Source: Octopus sinensis (Eukaryota). From it: 64,000 bases of DNA. Positions 12,358 to 26,336 of the stretch are shown one piece after another; positions within the stretch are counted from its first letter, which is position 1, and each line of letters starts with the position of its first letter. The DNA lies in assembly GCF_006345805.1 (NCBI RefSeq), contig NC_043002.1:99262001-99326000 (forward strand), written 5' to 3'. The notes beneath the pieces were generated by a model, which saw only the letters and a program-made list of their open reading frames with translations, was not told the DNA's origin and ran no database searches. The position numbers and the translations under genes were made by a program.

Positions 12358-13210
12358 TACCATATAAATTTCGGGTAGAATTAAATTAAGCTGTCGTATT
12401 GAAGTATGAATATTTTCTAGAAAATAAGTAGTTACGTTTGGCTGTGTTTTTTTTCAGAGGGTTCGTCAGATAGGTATTCAACTCAATCTGAAATTATAAA
12501 TAGTTTGAAAGATTCACAATAGTTGTTTAGTATTGTATGATACGCTTCAATAAGCGCCTAATGTTTACAGACTTACTCATTCAGGGCTGAGGAAATGCAA
12601 AAAAAAAAAGAAGAAGAAAATCACTCATTTAATCCGGTATATTAACACTAATTGAAAACATATAGCATTTTACCAGAGATATAAATATAGTAACATTTTT
12701 TAAAAAAACCAAAAGGAAATTAAAATATGCGGTTCAAAGCTATGACTCTCTAAGACCGGTTTTCTAATATCAAAAGGAAACTAAACGTATTATATTTCAA
12801 ACATCCAGACTGCATATAATATTACTATTGTCTTTCGCAGAGCATGTGCCCAGGGAATAAAAACCTTCGAGAAAAGTTACGTATCTTATCAGCTATATCA
12901 CATCTCACCTTAATCAGAATGAGATAGAGTACATATGCATGACAGGAAATCAATCTAATACTTGATATAATCTGCATAAATATATATTTAGAACATTACG
13001 GAGAAAGTTTTATCTAGCAACACGTTTTTGCACCAAAATAATATTCTAACCTCCAAAATCAGTTCTCATCTTTCTAGACAAATACAGAACAGACAACGCA
13101 GTTCTTAAAATTAATGCGTAGCAGATATCGTATTTTGAAACAAGAATGTATAGCGAAGGAAAGTTGTACATGAAGCCTGTGCATTTGTTCGCAAGTGCGT
13201 GTGGCGCGTA

Positions 13211-13281
<71 letters not shown>

Positions 13282-13282
13282 A

Positions 13283-13313
<31 letters not shown>

Positions 13314-13418
13314 GTGTGTTTGTGAGAGTGTGTGTGTGTGTGCGTGTGTATGTGTGTTAAATAAAATGTGACAACGAAACCAAGGCTGTGTGGAATTTAT
13401 ATTACATTTATAAACGTA

Positions 13419-13457
13419 GTCTTACAGCTGTTTCGGGGATATCACTTCATCAGAGAC
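13419..13457 (-). ncRNA. Minimal type I hammerhead motif in a Penelope-like fragment (about 13355-13490)
   Basis: Minus strand GTCT-CTGATGA-A-gtg atat ccc-C-GAAAC-AGCT-GTA-AGAC; stem I 4 bp, palindromic stem III ACAGCTGT, GUA site; one stem II mismatch. Confidence 0.7.
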
Positions 13458-13715
13458 GATATAAGATAGTTAACTAGAGGTAAATATATACATGCGCGTT
13501 CGTATGTATATGTTGTGTTCTATGTATATATCCTCGCGATCAATTACGTGCATACGTGTGAGAGATTGTCAGGGAAATGGAATAATGCGAAGAAAGAAAA
13601 AGCAACTGTTGCTTTCTTTGCAGGTATTCCATCAGATGTTGATTAATGAACTGTTCCTTGTCAGACCAATTTTATACTAACATTGCATGTATTTTAAATG
13701 ATATGGAAGAATGGT

Positions 13716-14077
13716 GGAGGCGCAATGGCCCAGTGGTTAGAGCAGCGGACTCGCGGTCGTAGGATCGCGGTTTAGATTCCCAGACCGGGCGTTGTGAGTG
13801 TTTATTGAGCGAAAACACCTAAAAGCTCCACGAGGCTCCGGCAGTACTCTTTCACCACAACTTTCTCTCACTCTTAATTCCTGTTTCTGTTGTACCTGTA
13901 TTTCAAAGGGCCGGCCTTGTCACTCTCTGTGTCACGCTGAATATCCCCGAGAACTACGTTAAGGGTACACGTGTCTATGGAGTGCTCAGCCACTTACACG
14001 TTAATTTCACGAGCAGGCTGTTCCGTTGATAGGATCAACCGGAACCCTCGTCTTCGTAACCGACGGAGTGCTTCCAT
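13716..14077 (+). mobile_element. Family N SINE, near full length
   Basis: Head, core and gcaggctgttccgttgat tail; probable TSD atggaagaatg/atgtaagaatg. Confidence 0.9.
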
Positions 14078-14714
14078 CCATGTAAGAATGAATGTGTGTA
14101 TATTCATTACTCGCACGAGGATATGCGAAAATGTGCATGCTGACTTGTATGCACTTATATATCATATGTGTGTATATATAATTGCGCATGAGTGTGTTCG
14201 TCTCTATCTGTATACACACACACACACACATACATATACACACACAAAGCCACACAGACGTCCAAATAGAAACATATATACATGTACATTCATGTATAAG
14301 CGTATGTAGCTTTTTGTGTTGAAGAGGTTAGGCTAGTGCATGCTTATGGGCTTGTTAGCTTTTTATGATAATTTACATGTGTATATATTTGTAAGTGCGA
14401 ATTGTGTTTGCTAGAATTTGACGAAGTAACAGAAAACCGCATTAGACCATATAGGTAATGAAAAAAGACTCCACCCTCCCCATACTATCCAATATCATTA
14501 ACTAATATGTTAGTGAACGTGATACCCTAAGTCTTTATATTTTTTTCTTATTCGCTTTACTGTATACTTTGCTTTTCGTTCAGGTTAATAATTATATACT
14601 CTCACCCAGTTTTCTGCAGTATTTTCACTCATAGGGTGTTGGAAAACTGCTTGCCCCCGGCTTAAGAGTGGAACTGAAATCAAAATTAGAAGGTTGCAAA
14701 ACGAAGTTTCAATC

Positions 14715-14830
14715 TAGACGTTCATACTTCGGTGTTCCTGCACAGCTTTGATTGTGATGGCGATCCAGTTTTGTTTTAAAGGCACCCACATAAAAAGGTG
14801 TTGATCCTCTAGATTGATAGCGATTTTGGT
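14715..14830 (-). pseudogene. Possible CR1/L2-like LINE C-terminal fragment
   Basis: Minus translation ...GAFKTKLDRHH... resembles the FK.KLD motif at LINE ORF2 ends; short evidence only. Confidence 0.35.
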
Positions 14831-14945
14831 CCTTTGACATTATGCAATGGTTTCCTGTTTTACTGTTGGCGTAACTTTCTGTGCCAAAGTTTGGTACACT
14901 TTCTTCGAGGTTTTCCAGTTGTATATCACTGCACATATATATATT

Positions 14946-14994
<49 letters not shown>

Positions 14995-15085
14995 TGTGTG
15001 TGTGTGTGTGTGTGCGTGTGTATATATAGGTATCTATGATATATAATATATAATATATTATATAGATATATTATGTATATATATT

Positions 15086-15135
<50 letters not shown>

Positions 15136-18100
15136 TTATATGTTATGTATATATATATATATATATAAATAGATATTTATATGTGTGGTATAGATATATT
15201 CTATATATATGCATTATGTGTAGATGTGTGCGCGCGCTCGTGTATGTGTCTGTTTCTTTGTTGCGTGTGTATATGTCAGTGCTTTCGTTGTAGCTGATAG
15301 TGATTAGGATAGTTCAAACATCTGAATCTGCGTTGGTCTAGCATCAGTTTCGGAATTCGTTTATTAGGATTTGCTGATGTAACTTTGAACATCTTTTATA
15401 ACATCCCCAGAACAATCTACTTACTGGCATGGAGCCAGTTTCTTTTTCATTTATATTGATATTCGTTTCATCTTGCGTAATTTTATCTGCTTATTTTTCG
15501 TAATGTCAATGAAATCACCGACTGAATTATGATTAATAGGGGCTTCAAAGACTTCACTACAAACAGTGTTTATTGAGAGAAAATCTTTATTCCAGGCTGC
15601 AGACCGGGAACTTTGTATTCGTAATGTCACATCAGTTACAGACAGCAATTTATCGCCGTCACCAGTGTGTTTTATTACATTTAAAATCGTTGAACACTTA
15701 CTTTTTGTCTTGTCTTTCTGTTTACAAATAATATGTAATCACGCATTTACAGCCAATATTAAACCAGGTGAAGCTATAATATTAGCCAACAGGGGTTTCA
15801 ATCTGGTTGTTCGACATGCTAGCGTAAATAACAAAATAAATAACGCCACCAATTTAATGCGTAGAAATAATTTCTAAACGTGCTGAGTATATTTGTGAAA
15901 ACTTATTTGAAGAGAAATATCTTAAAGAGTACAATATTACCTCTGATCCTCGATTGATAGACACAAGACCAGTCCCATTTTAATCATCATATTAGCCCTA
16001 TGGGAAAGAAGTTTAATATCGAATGTAATGTTTTTACAATTTCTTTTCACACTACTGCTATAAGTTCCGCATGACAAATTCTTTGCAGATATCTTAACTC
16101 GAGATAAATCCAAGAGTTATCTACAACATACATGTAGTTAAAGTAGGACCAAGGGAAAACTAAATTATGAGATCAGAAACTCGTCTTGTTCCTATGGCTG
16201 TAAGAACATAAATGAAATAATAAGGCGAAGGAATAATACAGAAGGAAGTACTGTATGATTGCCTTTAGTTGAATGGTTACCAGTCTAATTGGCACTTGCA
16301 TCTCAGACTTGAGTCATAAAACCTCCACACACTACTTCTTCATGCGTACACACCATTGCGTTGACATGCTATATATGTAGCTACAGACATTGCGATCATA
16401 CTTACACTATTGCTGTTATAGCAAGTTTATTCAAAGTTCATGGCTTTATACAGATGGTAGTATTGGTTGTATTGGTATAAATGATGGTACTGGGTGTATT
16501 GCGTGTATTGGTACAGATGGTGCTATTGGTTGAATTGGTGGTGTGTGGTATAGTTGATATTGGCAGTGGTAATTTTGTTCTTGTTTATTGTATTGTTATT
16601 CCTATTTAGCCTCAAGTCAAACTTCGTGTACTTAAGATCAAAAACGATTTCATTCAACTATTGTAAAATATTACCAAACAACAATAGCTTGTGATAGTTT
16701 TCTGATTTAGATAAACTTGTTCATTCTGTTGTTGCCTTTGCTGTTGGTCATTGAGAAGGTGATAGGTTTGTGTTAGCAGCGCCTATATTTCTTTTCAGGT
16801 TCATGGGTATTGTGTTTATGTGTATCATAGTGGTAACGCTGGTGACGCTGGATTTTGATACATTGATAGATATACTGGTACGTTGGCTGACAGAAAGATA
16901 GACAAAGAGACACTCATTGTAGAAATTTTCACAATGCAAGACGTTCATCTCACACTCCAGAAGGGTTTATAGTGACGCATACATAAATGCATGTATACAT
17001 ACACATACACATGCACATTCACACGTATATGTGTATTTATGTCCCATGATGATAGTATTTTTAAGTGTTAATTATTTTGATCTCCGCTGTAGGGTGCATC
17101 AAAGCGACCTTTTGGTTAAGAAGCTAGTCTAGTTTTTAAATTCTCAGGTTTCTGTAATGGCAAAAGTATAAAACGTATCCTGAAATTAGTATAAATACCT
17201 TACAATTTACGTAAGCAGGAAATTCCGTAAACTGAGGTGGCACTGTGCGGGGATGCCTTACATTCATACATACATACATACATACATACATACATACATA
17301 CATACATACATACATACATACATACATACATACATACATGCATGCATACATATACACATACATACATATATGTGGCGTGTGTGTGCATGTTTGTATGTCT
17401 GTGTATTATATCGTAAAATGAGAAAGAAAAATGTATTTAGTGCTAGGTGTTTAATATTCAGCCTTCATAAGAAAGTATTTCAGATGCTGAACATAGCTGA
17501 TCTAGTTCTGAAATTTTGCACCTATATCAAATGCGAAATTAAATCCTTAACGTGTCGAATGTAATGCTCCGTAATATTCCTTTCTTACATATGGTGTTAA
17601 ATATTTTATATCCTTAACACAGCCTGCTGAAATTCGACAACTGCTGACTGAATCTAGAATTCTACGACACGGGGAGTGATGATTTGTGGTGAATGTTTTC
17701 TTAATAATATCGTATCTATGCATCCCGAATATTAATTATTTCATATCAGAAACTACTACCATTGAGAAAGATGAGACGGGTATCTATGTCCAATACGTTA
17801 TCTACGAATATGGCTTCATAGCTTCAGATTCTTCGCATTGATGAGATTACGATTTCTAGTTTATAGTGTGGTGACAACTTCCATTAATATATAAGATTGA
17901 TTGAAGTGGTGACATAGTAATGCGTCTTCTTAACCTGGCTCTCTGTCAAATGAAAGGAGATGAAAAACATTCTTAGATATCCTACTGCATAGCATTTATA
18001 CTATACTGCAACTGAGTTACGACTCCAACTAATTTACTTTCGGTTATTTTCAAACACGCACATACGTGCGCGTAATATTACACACTCAAACATATATATA

Positions 18101-18287
18101 TATATATATACAAGTATTTAACACACGTCTGGCAAGGTATCTACACACACACACACACACACACACAGATACATATATATATATACGTATATATATACAT
18201 ATATGCGGATGTATATATATATATTATACATTTATATGTATATATATATATATTATATATCATATATATAAATAAATATATATATAC

Positions 18288-18401
<114 letters not shown>

Positions 18402-19532
18402 ATGTTAAAATGCAAGTTGTTTGTCTGTCTGTGTGTGTATTGTGTGAACCACTTCTACTATAATTTTCGACCAAATTACGTGACACTTGGCCTCTTGAAA
18501 CAACTGTGAAGATATGACAGTTCAAAAGTTTTCTACGTATATATGAATGGATGTGTTCTTTTATTATATTCGGTATTTTCCACTGCATATAAATATATGT
18601 ATCAAGCATAACTGTGTTTCTCTGCTTTACTACTTGAATTGTTTTATTTCATCACTAGAAAACAACTTCGCCTTTTAAGCAAATGTATTTTCGTAACACA
18701 CTCGAATAATTTAATAAAGGGACTTTGCGACGCCGCTGTTTCGATCTCGTAGTGCGTTTCTTCAGTTAAAGCTATCATTATCTAGTGTAGTTAAACATGA
18801 TATCTGGCTCTTTCTTACATTATTCAGCAAACAAGCTATCTACTTATATGCACTTGTAATTCAATAAATCGTGTATGCTATGAATACACACACATCTGAA
18901 AAGAAAACGCTTTCAAATGACAATATACAGCAGCGATTATAATATATTCACGTTTAAATCTGTGGAAACATGCACTCACCCACACACACATTCACACATA
19001 CAGTTATTGGCTACAAAAGCAGTATTAACACCAAAATAAAGCTTTATGATCAACTTAAAATGGATGTCTTGTCAAACGTTGAATACCGCGTTAATCGCCT
19101 TAAGGGTCCTCTTATACAGACGTATGGTTCATAAATGCAAAAATATATATCATACATCGAGCAAAAGACAACCGTCGGCTATGGGCACCGTCAATGCACT
19201 AAAACCATGCATGTGTATGAGGGGGCTTCTGAAAGCGGATAATAGAGGATTCGGAGTCCAAGACATTCACATTAAATTGGATATATATATATATATACAA
19301 TGTGGCCTCCAAAGTAGGTTTACAGATATTCAACTATCTCTATCGCATTCATATATTAAGAGTTTAGATTTTAATTATAAAAGAAATATGAAACCATTAT
19401 TCTGTACTAATTTAGTTAATTTTGTCAAACTCCCTTTTCAGTTTGTAAGATAGAAATTTAAATGTAATAAAATGTTTTAAATGAAATTTAAAGCGAGTAC
19501 CTCATAACTAAACCTACTTTTGGGGTATCTTG

Positions 19533-19562
<30 letters not shown>

Positions 19563-19565
<3 letters not shown>

Positions 19566-19868
19566 CACGTGATCACGTGACCGACCAGTCCATCGGATGT
19601 AGTTACACATCGCTGGTCACAATGCGTTCGCATTGTTTTAGCCTTCGAATGACGCCACCCCGCTGGCTAAGCGAACAGGCCAACAGAAGAAAGAGTGGGA
19701 GAAAGAGTGGTGAAAGAGTACAGCAGGGATCACTACCCCGTGCCGGAGCATCGTGGAGCTTTTAGGTGTTTTCGCTCAATAAACACTCACAACGCCCGGT
19801 CTGGGAATCGAAACCGCGATCCTACGACCGCGAGTCCACTGCCCTAACCATTGGGCCATTGCGCCTCC
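19563..19868 (-). mobile_element. Family N SINE (subfamily with the same tail as 8829-9075)
   Basis: Reverse complement of the ggaggcgcaatggccc head; cacgtgatcacgtg tail. Confidence 0.9.
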
Positions 19869-19894
19869 ACACACACACACACCCACACACACAC

Positions 19895-19976
<82 letters not shown>

Positions 19977-20000
19977 TCATATATTATATATATATATATA

Positions 20001-20069
<69 letters not shown>

Positions 20070-20071
<2 letters not shown>

Positions 20072-20452
20072 CTGTCTGAAATGTTGGCACTCTGTCGCTT
20101 ACGACGAGGCTTCCAGTTGATCCAATCAACGGAACAGCCTGCTCGTGAAATTAACGTGCAAGTGGCTCAGCACTCCACAGACACGTGTACCCTTGACAAG
20201 GTTCTCGGACAATGTGAAGGCGCAATGGCCCAGTGGTTAGGGCAGCGGACTCGGGATCATAGGATCGCGGTTTCAATTCCCAGACAGGGCGTTTTGAGTG
20301 TTTATTGAGCCAAAACACCTAAAGCTCCACGAGGTCCCGGCAGAAGATGGTGGCGAACACTGCTGTACACTTTCACCACAACTTTCACTCTTACTTCCTG
20401 TTTCTGTTGTACCTGTATTTCAAAGGGCCAGCCTTGTGTCACGCTGAATATT
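20070..20452. mobile_element. Family N SINE with 5' inversion (tail half minus at 20070-20208, head half plus at 20215-20452)
   Basis: The two halves are complementary parts of the element seen intact at 13716-14077, and meet at ...gctgaatat|cc|ccgagaac. Confidence 0.75.
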
Positions 20453-20478
20453 TATATATATATATGTATGTATGTATG

Positions 20479-20512
<34 letters not shown>

Positions 20513-21866
20513 TATATACATACACCCATATACAAGTATGTTTGTGCGTGTGTGTGTCTGTGAGTGTGTGTGTGCGTCGTATTTCGGGTTTCTCAAATAC
20601 CTAATATATTCCACTGAATATATTAGGTATTCGTCTTGAACAGTTAAAATCTCTACATCTGTACATAGGATCAATGATTGAAACACATGGTGATGAAGTC
20701 CAAATCGTGACCTCATGGATATGTCTATTTCTTTCCTTCTCACTCCTGTCTATCTGTTTTTACTTGTGTCACTTCATTATAATCTATATGCATGCAGTGG
20801 TTTATTTTTAAAAAGAGCCTCTAAAGTGTTATGAAAATACAACCATAAAATTATCTTTCATGAAATGAAATATCGACATCACAATCTTAATTTATATAAG
20901 ACAATGATATACGGTGAGCATCCAGTAAGTTTCTTCAAAACGAGCTGAAACAACTGGAAAGTAACTTCGGTGAGTATTAATAGTTGTAGTTACTTGGAAA
21001 TAAATCATTCTAATTTCAATATGTTTTATTCTTTCTTTGTTAAATACCTTTCGACAATCCTTGTAAGCAACTATTTAACAAGTTCCTTTCACAGCTGGCT
21101 TAATATAGTTTCTTCATATCCCTCCATTTCGTCATAACTCTACTGAATGGGACAGCATGGAATGTATTTTTCCTCCATTGTTAATTTTACACTTAAGTGT
21201 GCTTTCTCATTCCCGTGTCCCTTTCTACCATGTTTTCGTTTTATTTTCTGTTTTCTAGGACGTTTTTTCTTCCTCATTTTCCCTGCTGTATTACCGTTAT
21301 GCCAAGCTGACATTTCTTGCATATTTGTATTTTCTTTTGATCCATATCTATGGTAGCTATTTGCCATTAAGTAAATTCCCCAACCCCGAAATCGATTTGT
21401 ATTCATAGACAATGCTATATGCATTAACGCTCAAAGACAACTAAAATCACTGCAGCTGTATTGTGTAATACGAGCAGATGCTGGGAAAATATAAACTACG
21501 GGTATACTTCATGCACTATTATGTAACTTTCTGCACTTTTCTCTTATTTCTTCTCCCCCTCTCTTTTCTTATATATATATATAAAGAGACAGACAGAGAG
21601 AGAGAAAGAAAGAGGTAGACAGATAGAGAGAAAGAGGGAGATGGAAGGACGAGACGTACTTATCCCAAAATAGGATAGCTTTAGGAAAACATGCAAAGAC
21701 CCAAATTTAAAAATTCACGCCAGGTTTAACAAAAACGCATCCAACCATTCTGTGTTTACTTCAATCTTGGCGATCACGAATTATTCATACTTCTTTACAC
21801 ATGTACCTACATACATACAAACATACATACATACATACATACATACATACATACATACATACATAC

Positions 21867-21907
<41 letters not shown>

Positions 21908-22056
21908 TATATACACACACACACATATATATATATATTTATAATATATACTTATAATATATATATAATACATATATGTATATATGTATATAGAGTATAT
22001 ATATATGTATATATATAATATATATACATATATGTATATATGTATATAGAGTATAT

Positions 22057-22122
<66 letters not shown>

Positions 22123-24550
22123 TGATTTTCTTAATACTATTATTTCAAAGTGTGCTTGTTTGTATGGTAAGGTGCAATCAATACTTGAAGCTTTCGCACA
22201 TATATTAGTTATAAAACCAAATATGATATTGAAAATCTAAAATAACATCAACTTCGATTCGTTCTCAGCATCATATGTGTGCTCACTCATACATGACTGG
22301 ATGTAACTATGAAAAAATATATGCAATGTGTTCGTGAGTGTTCTTGAAGTTGAAGTTATAAAGCTGTTTAACTGCACGCATTTGCACACGTGATTCAATG
22401 GACCGTATTATTACGTGTGGTGTATGTGAGAAGAAAATGTCATCTCCATCAACGTGCTTTTATTTCCCTCGGTTGAAAATGTCAAATAAAGCAACAATTC
22501 TATATTGGTGGTTTTTCTTTATTTACTCGATTTTTAGATAACGTTGCATCACTAACGGAAACCTCAACTGGCCGAGTTCATCGCAAGTTGATCTTTTAAC
22601 TGAATGATCAATTTTTTATATCACTCCATCACCTCCGGCATCCTATCGTTTACATGTACGATTCAGTTTAAGAGATCCAGTTCACTATGCTATAAATAGT
22701 CATCATAAAGTGAATGCTGTAAACAGTTTGAGCTATGCATATACGAACAGTTGCTGTAGTATTAATATGCATCGCTCTGTTAACATTTTCACCCAAATAG
22801 CCGTAAGGATAACGTTATTATCAATTTAAATGTTAGAAATAACGTTTAATGGTCAGTTATTCTTAATAACTAGTAGGAAATAGTGGATTGATTACTTACG
22901 CGTTGGACAACCTGGCCCTGAGTTAATTTTACGAACAGCGTTGAAAATTACAAATCACGTTAAGACCAACTTCCACTTTTTGGGAGCCGATAATCAAGAA
23001 CTACTTTCTGGGTGTTGGATTGGTGGAAGTGGAAGAAAAGTCGCGCTGGATACCTTGCTGTTTTGTTACAAGTCTTTGTGTTACGCGTTGAAATCTTCTC
23101 ATAGGCTACTGAAGCTGCGATCTTAATCCGTCTTCTGTTTAACACCCCCCCCCCGATTCTTGCGTACTTTTAGCTAAACTTCATTATGCTGCAACACGTA
23201 TTCTGTAGTTTGAGGAATGTTTGCGGCTCTCTCCACCTCTCTTAACAATCTGGTTGATCTATATACAGAGGCCTACAAGATTGTTAGATGGGAGGTGCGA
23301 AAATATCCTCGAAGGGGAACAGCTTCCTTCGAAGGAAGACAGAGGCACCTTCTCTCCTAACTAAAAGATCGAAAATAATGCAATGTCTTAAATCTGTTAA
23401 GTGGTATAATATTGGAGAGCTCTTCTCGCTACATATTTCAGGAAAAATACTAATTTATAACTGAGGAAATAGATTTATTACCTCATTTAGTCGTTTCTGT
23501 GTAAGGAGATTTAGTTACAGTACTAATTACTACCAATTTTTGTAAGTTACTTTGTTTTTCTGATGTAATTTTTAAGACGAGTGACAGTTTGAGAATAATA
23601 AATCAACTCCTGGTCATTGTAAGAATGTGGACTCTGAGAAGGAGAGATAATCAATAAATTCGCTACACCGTTATGAAATATATTAGCTACAGAAATATAT
23701 TTTGGAGCTTGAACATAAATTATTCTATTTGACCTCTATGATGGCACGAACATTTTTATTATAGGTTCGTGTAGTAATGAAACAAATGTTGAAGACAAAA
23801 CGTACAACCTATCCTCAGTTGTTTCCGAAGATTATTTTGTTAAAAGAATAGTTGGCATTTAATTGATTTTGAAAGAATACAGCAGTGTCGTCAGGTTAAA
23901 TCACGCAAACTTTGATGCTAATCGTTGACCTTATATAAATACCACATCAAATACTTTATCACGCCCTCAAAACTCGAATATCTCTTTCAGAAAATATGCA
24001 TACTGCGTCTATGATAATTCGTTGATACTGATATTCTTTTACTTGTTTTATCGATTGGTCCATGACCATGTTGGAGCACTGCCTTGATGTGTTTAGACAA
24101 ACAATTCGCCTCCAATCCTTATTTCATATCTGATACATACTTTGTTGTTTTCGATTTGTCTAACTACTTCATAACCAGGACGTAAACGACCAGATCTAGT
24201 TTCCAAGCAACAGGACCAAGAACACAAAAAACCCCTCACGTATATACATATAGTTGCATATGTAAAACGGCTTCTTTTTTCCATCTACCTGAAGGCACTA
24301 GTCGGCTGGGACTATAATAAATGAGACTTGCTCATTGTGCTACGCATTGGTGGTGAGCCTGAAAGCAGTTTGTTGCAAAGCAAATTCCTTACCTACATAT
24401 TCATGGCTGAGGATATATCGGAGAAATGTTTTGTTTTATACAAAAAACGCAAGTGATTCCTACACATTTATGTTGTTAGCACACTTTTAACATGGTGTGC
24501 TCTCACGCACATATTCTACAATGCGAGGTCCACGAAAGAGACGTTATAAT

Positions 24551-24924
24551 CTTTTTTTGGTGGAGGGGGCTAGTCGATTAGATGGATCCCAGCACGCAAA
24601 TGGTATTTAATTTATCGACCCCGAAAGGATGAAAGCCAAAGTTGACCTCGGCGGAATTTGAAATCATAACGTAAAGGCAGACGAAATACCAATTTCTTTA
24701 CTATCCACAAGGGGCTAAACACAGAGGAGACAAACAAGGACAGACAGACGGATTAAATCGATTGCATCGACCCCAGTGCGTAACTGGTACTTATTTAATC
24801 GACCCCGAAGGAGATGAAAGCCAAAGTTGACCTGGGCGGAATTTGAAATCATAACGTAAAGGCAGACGAAATACTGGTCAGCATTTCACCCGGCATGCTA
24901 ACGTTTCTGCCAGCTCGCCTCCTT
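24551..24924 (-). mobile_element. Dimeric family M SINE with 12-bp TSD
   Basis: Two head/core units in tandem; AGACGTTATAAT at 24539-24550 and 24929-24940. Confidence 0.8.
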
Positions 24925-25329
24925 AAAAAGACGTTATAATGTTTTGACTGTGAGTGTATATTTGTTTATCTGTCAATGGATTTCTTGAACTATTCAGTGG
25001 GGGCATTAAATGTAGTCTGTCTTAATGTAGGAACAGCATGCACATGTCCGTCTTATTTGAGATTGAGTAACAAGACAAAACAAAAGCTAAATACTGAACT
25101 AGGCTTCAGAACAGTTGATACAGTGATTGCCTAGAGACATTGTAGTAGATAGATTCATTGAAAAGCATTTCAGTATCTTAGCTTTTATTAACAGATTTAA
25201 TTTATACGTATGATTACCAGTTGATAAATCGAAAACCGATAATTTATTGTCTTTGTGAAGAGGAAGAGTTTCCCATACATTATTTTACTCTCATATACGC
25301 ACAAAAACGACGCGTGTTTAAAGTTACTT

Positions 25330-25790
25330 AAAAATAGGAGCTAAATTGCTCCAGTGCTGTTACAAAGTGCATAACATATCTACTCTGATAGGGGCTGCAA
25401 TCGCCCTGAACACCGAACCGAGAATTCCTTATATTGACCGGTTAGTTTCGGCTATTGCGGTAGCCATCTTCAGTAGGCCATTTCGTTTGGTTGATTGCAG
25501 GCTACCTCGCCTAGAGCAGTATGTATATTCAGCATAAAAATCTACGGGTGATTTAGCATAGCGCTAATGTGTATTCAAAAAATGAATAAAAATTAATAGA
25601 AACAACTCCTTGCAATATTATACTGTAAAGGAAAATTATAGTCATCAACCAAACTTGACAAAGAGTGCGAATAACACCGACATTAATACAAATAGGACCT
25701 AAAATGCTCTAATGCTGTTACAAAGAACATAACATATACTCTGATAGGGATTGCAATCACCCTGCAAACCTAACCGAGAATTCTTCAGAC
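25330..25790 (-). mobile_element. Two tandem partial Penelope-like pLTR copies (25330-25500, 25690-25790), same family as 9493-10082
   Basis: Period about 360 bp; the reverse complement aligns to 9847-9995; degenerate hammerhead at 25427-25477. Confidence 0.7.
25427..25477 (-). ncRNA. Degenerate type I hammerhead motif
   Basis: Minus strand CCTA-CTGAAGA-T-GGCTA ccgcaa TAGCC-GAAA-CT-aACCGGTc-A-ATA-TAAGG; G16.2 appears mutated to A. Confidence 0.6.
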
Positions 25791-25870
25791 TGACACACGC
25801 ACATATATATATAAAGATACATGCATCCATATACATAAATATACACACATACATACACACATACATATAT

Positions 25871-26272
25871 AGGCGCAGGAGTGGCTGTGTGGTAAGTAGC
25901 TTGCTAACCAGCCACATGGTTCCGGGTTCAGTCCCACTGCGTGGCATCTTGGGCAGGTGTCTTCTCTTATAGCCCCGGGACGACCAATGCCTTGTGAGTG
26001 GATTTGGTAGACGGAAACTGAAAGAAGCCTGTCGTATATATTTATATATATATATATGTATGTATCTCTGTTTGTTCCCCTAGCATTGCTTGACAACCGA
26101 TGCTGGTGTGTTTACGTCCTCGTCACTTAGCTGTTCGGCAAAAAGAGAACCAATAGAATAAGTACTGGGCTTACAAAGAATAAGTCCCGGGGTCGATTTG
26201 CTCGACTAAAGGCGGTGCTCCAGCATGGCCGCAGTCAAATGACTGAAACAAGTAAAAAGAGTAAAAAAAGAG
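25871..26272 (+). mobile_element. Family O bipartite SINE, full length
   Basis: aggcgcaggagtggctgtgtggtaag head through gactgaaacaagtaaaaagag tail. Confidence 0.9.
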
Positions 26273-26336
26273 TATATACATTATCATTGCTGATACTTAT
26301 ATCACATGTCTTCATGCTATGGTTTCCAACTACTAG

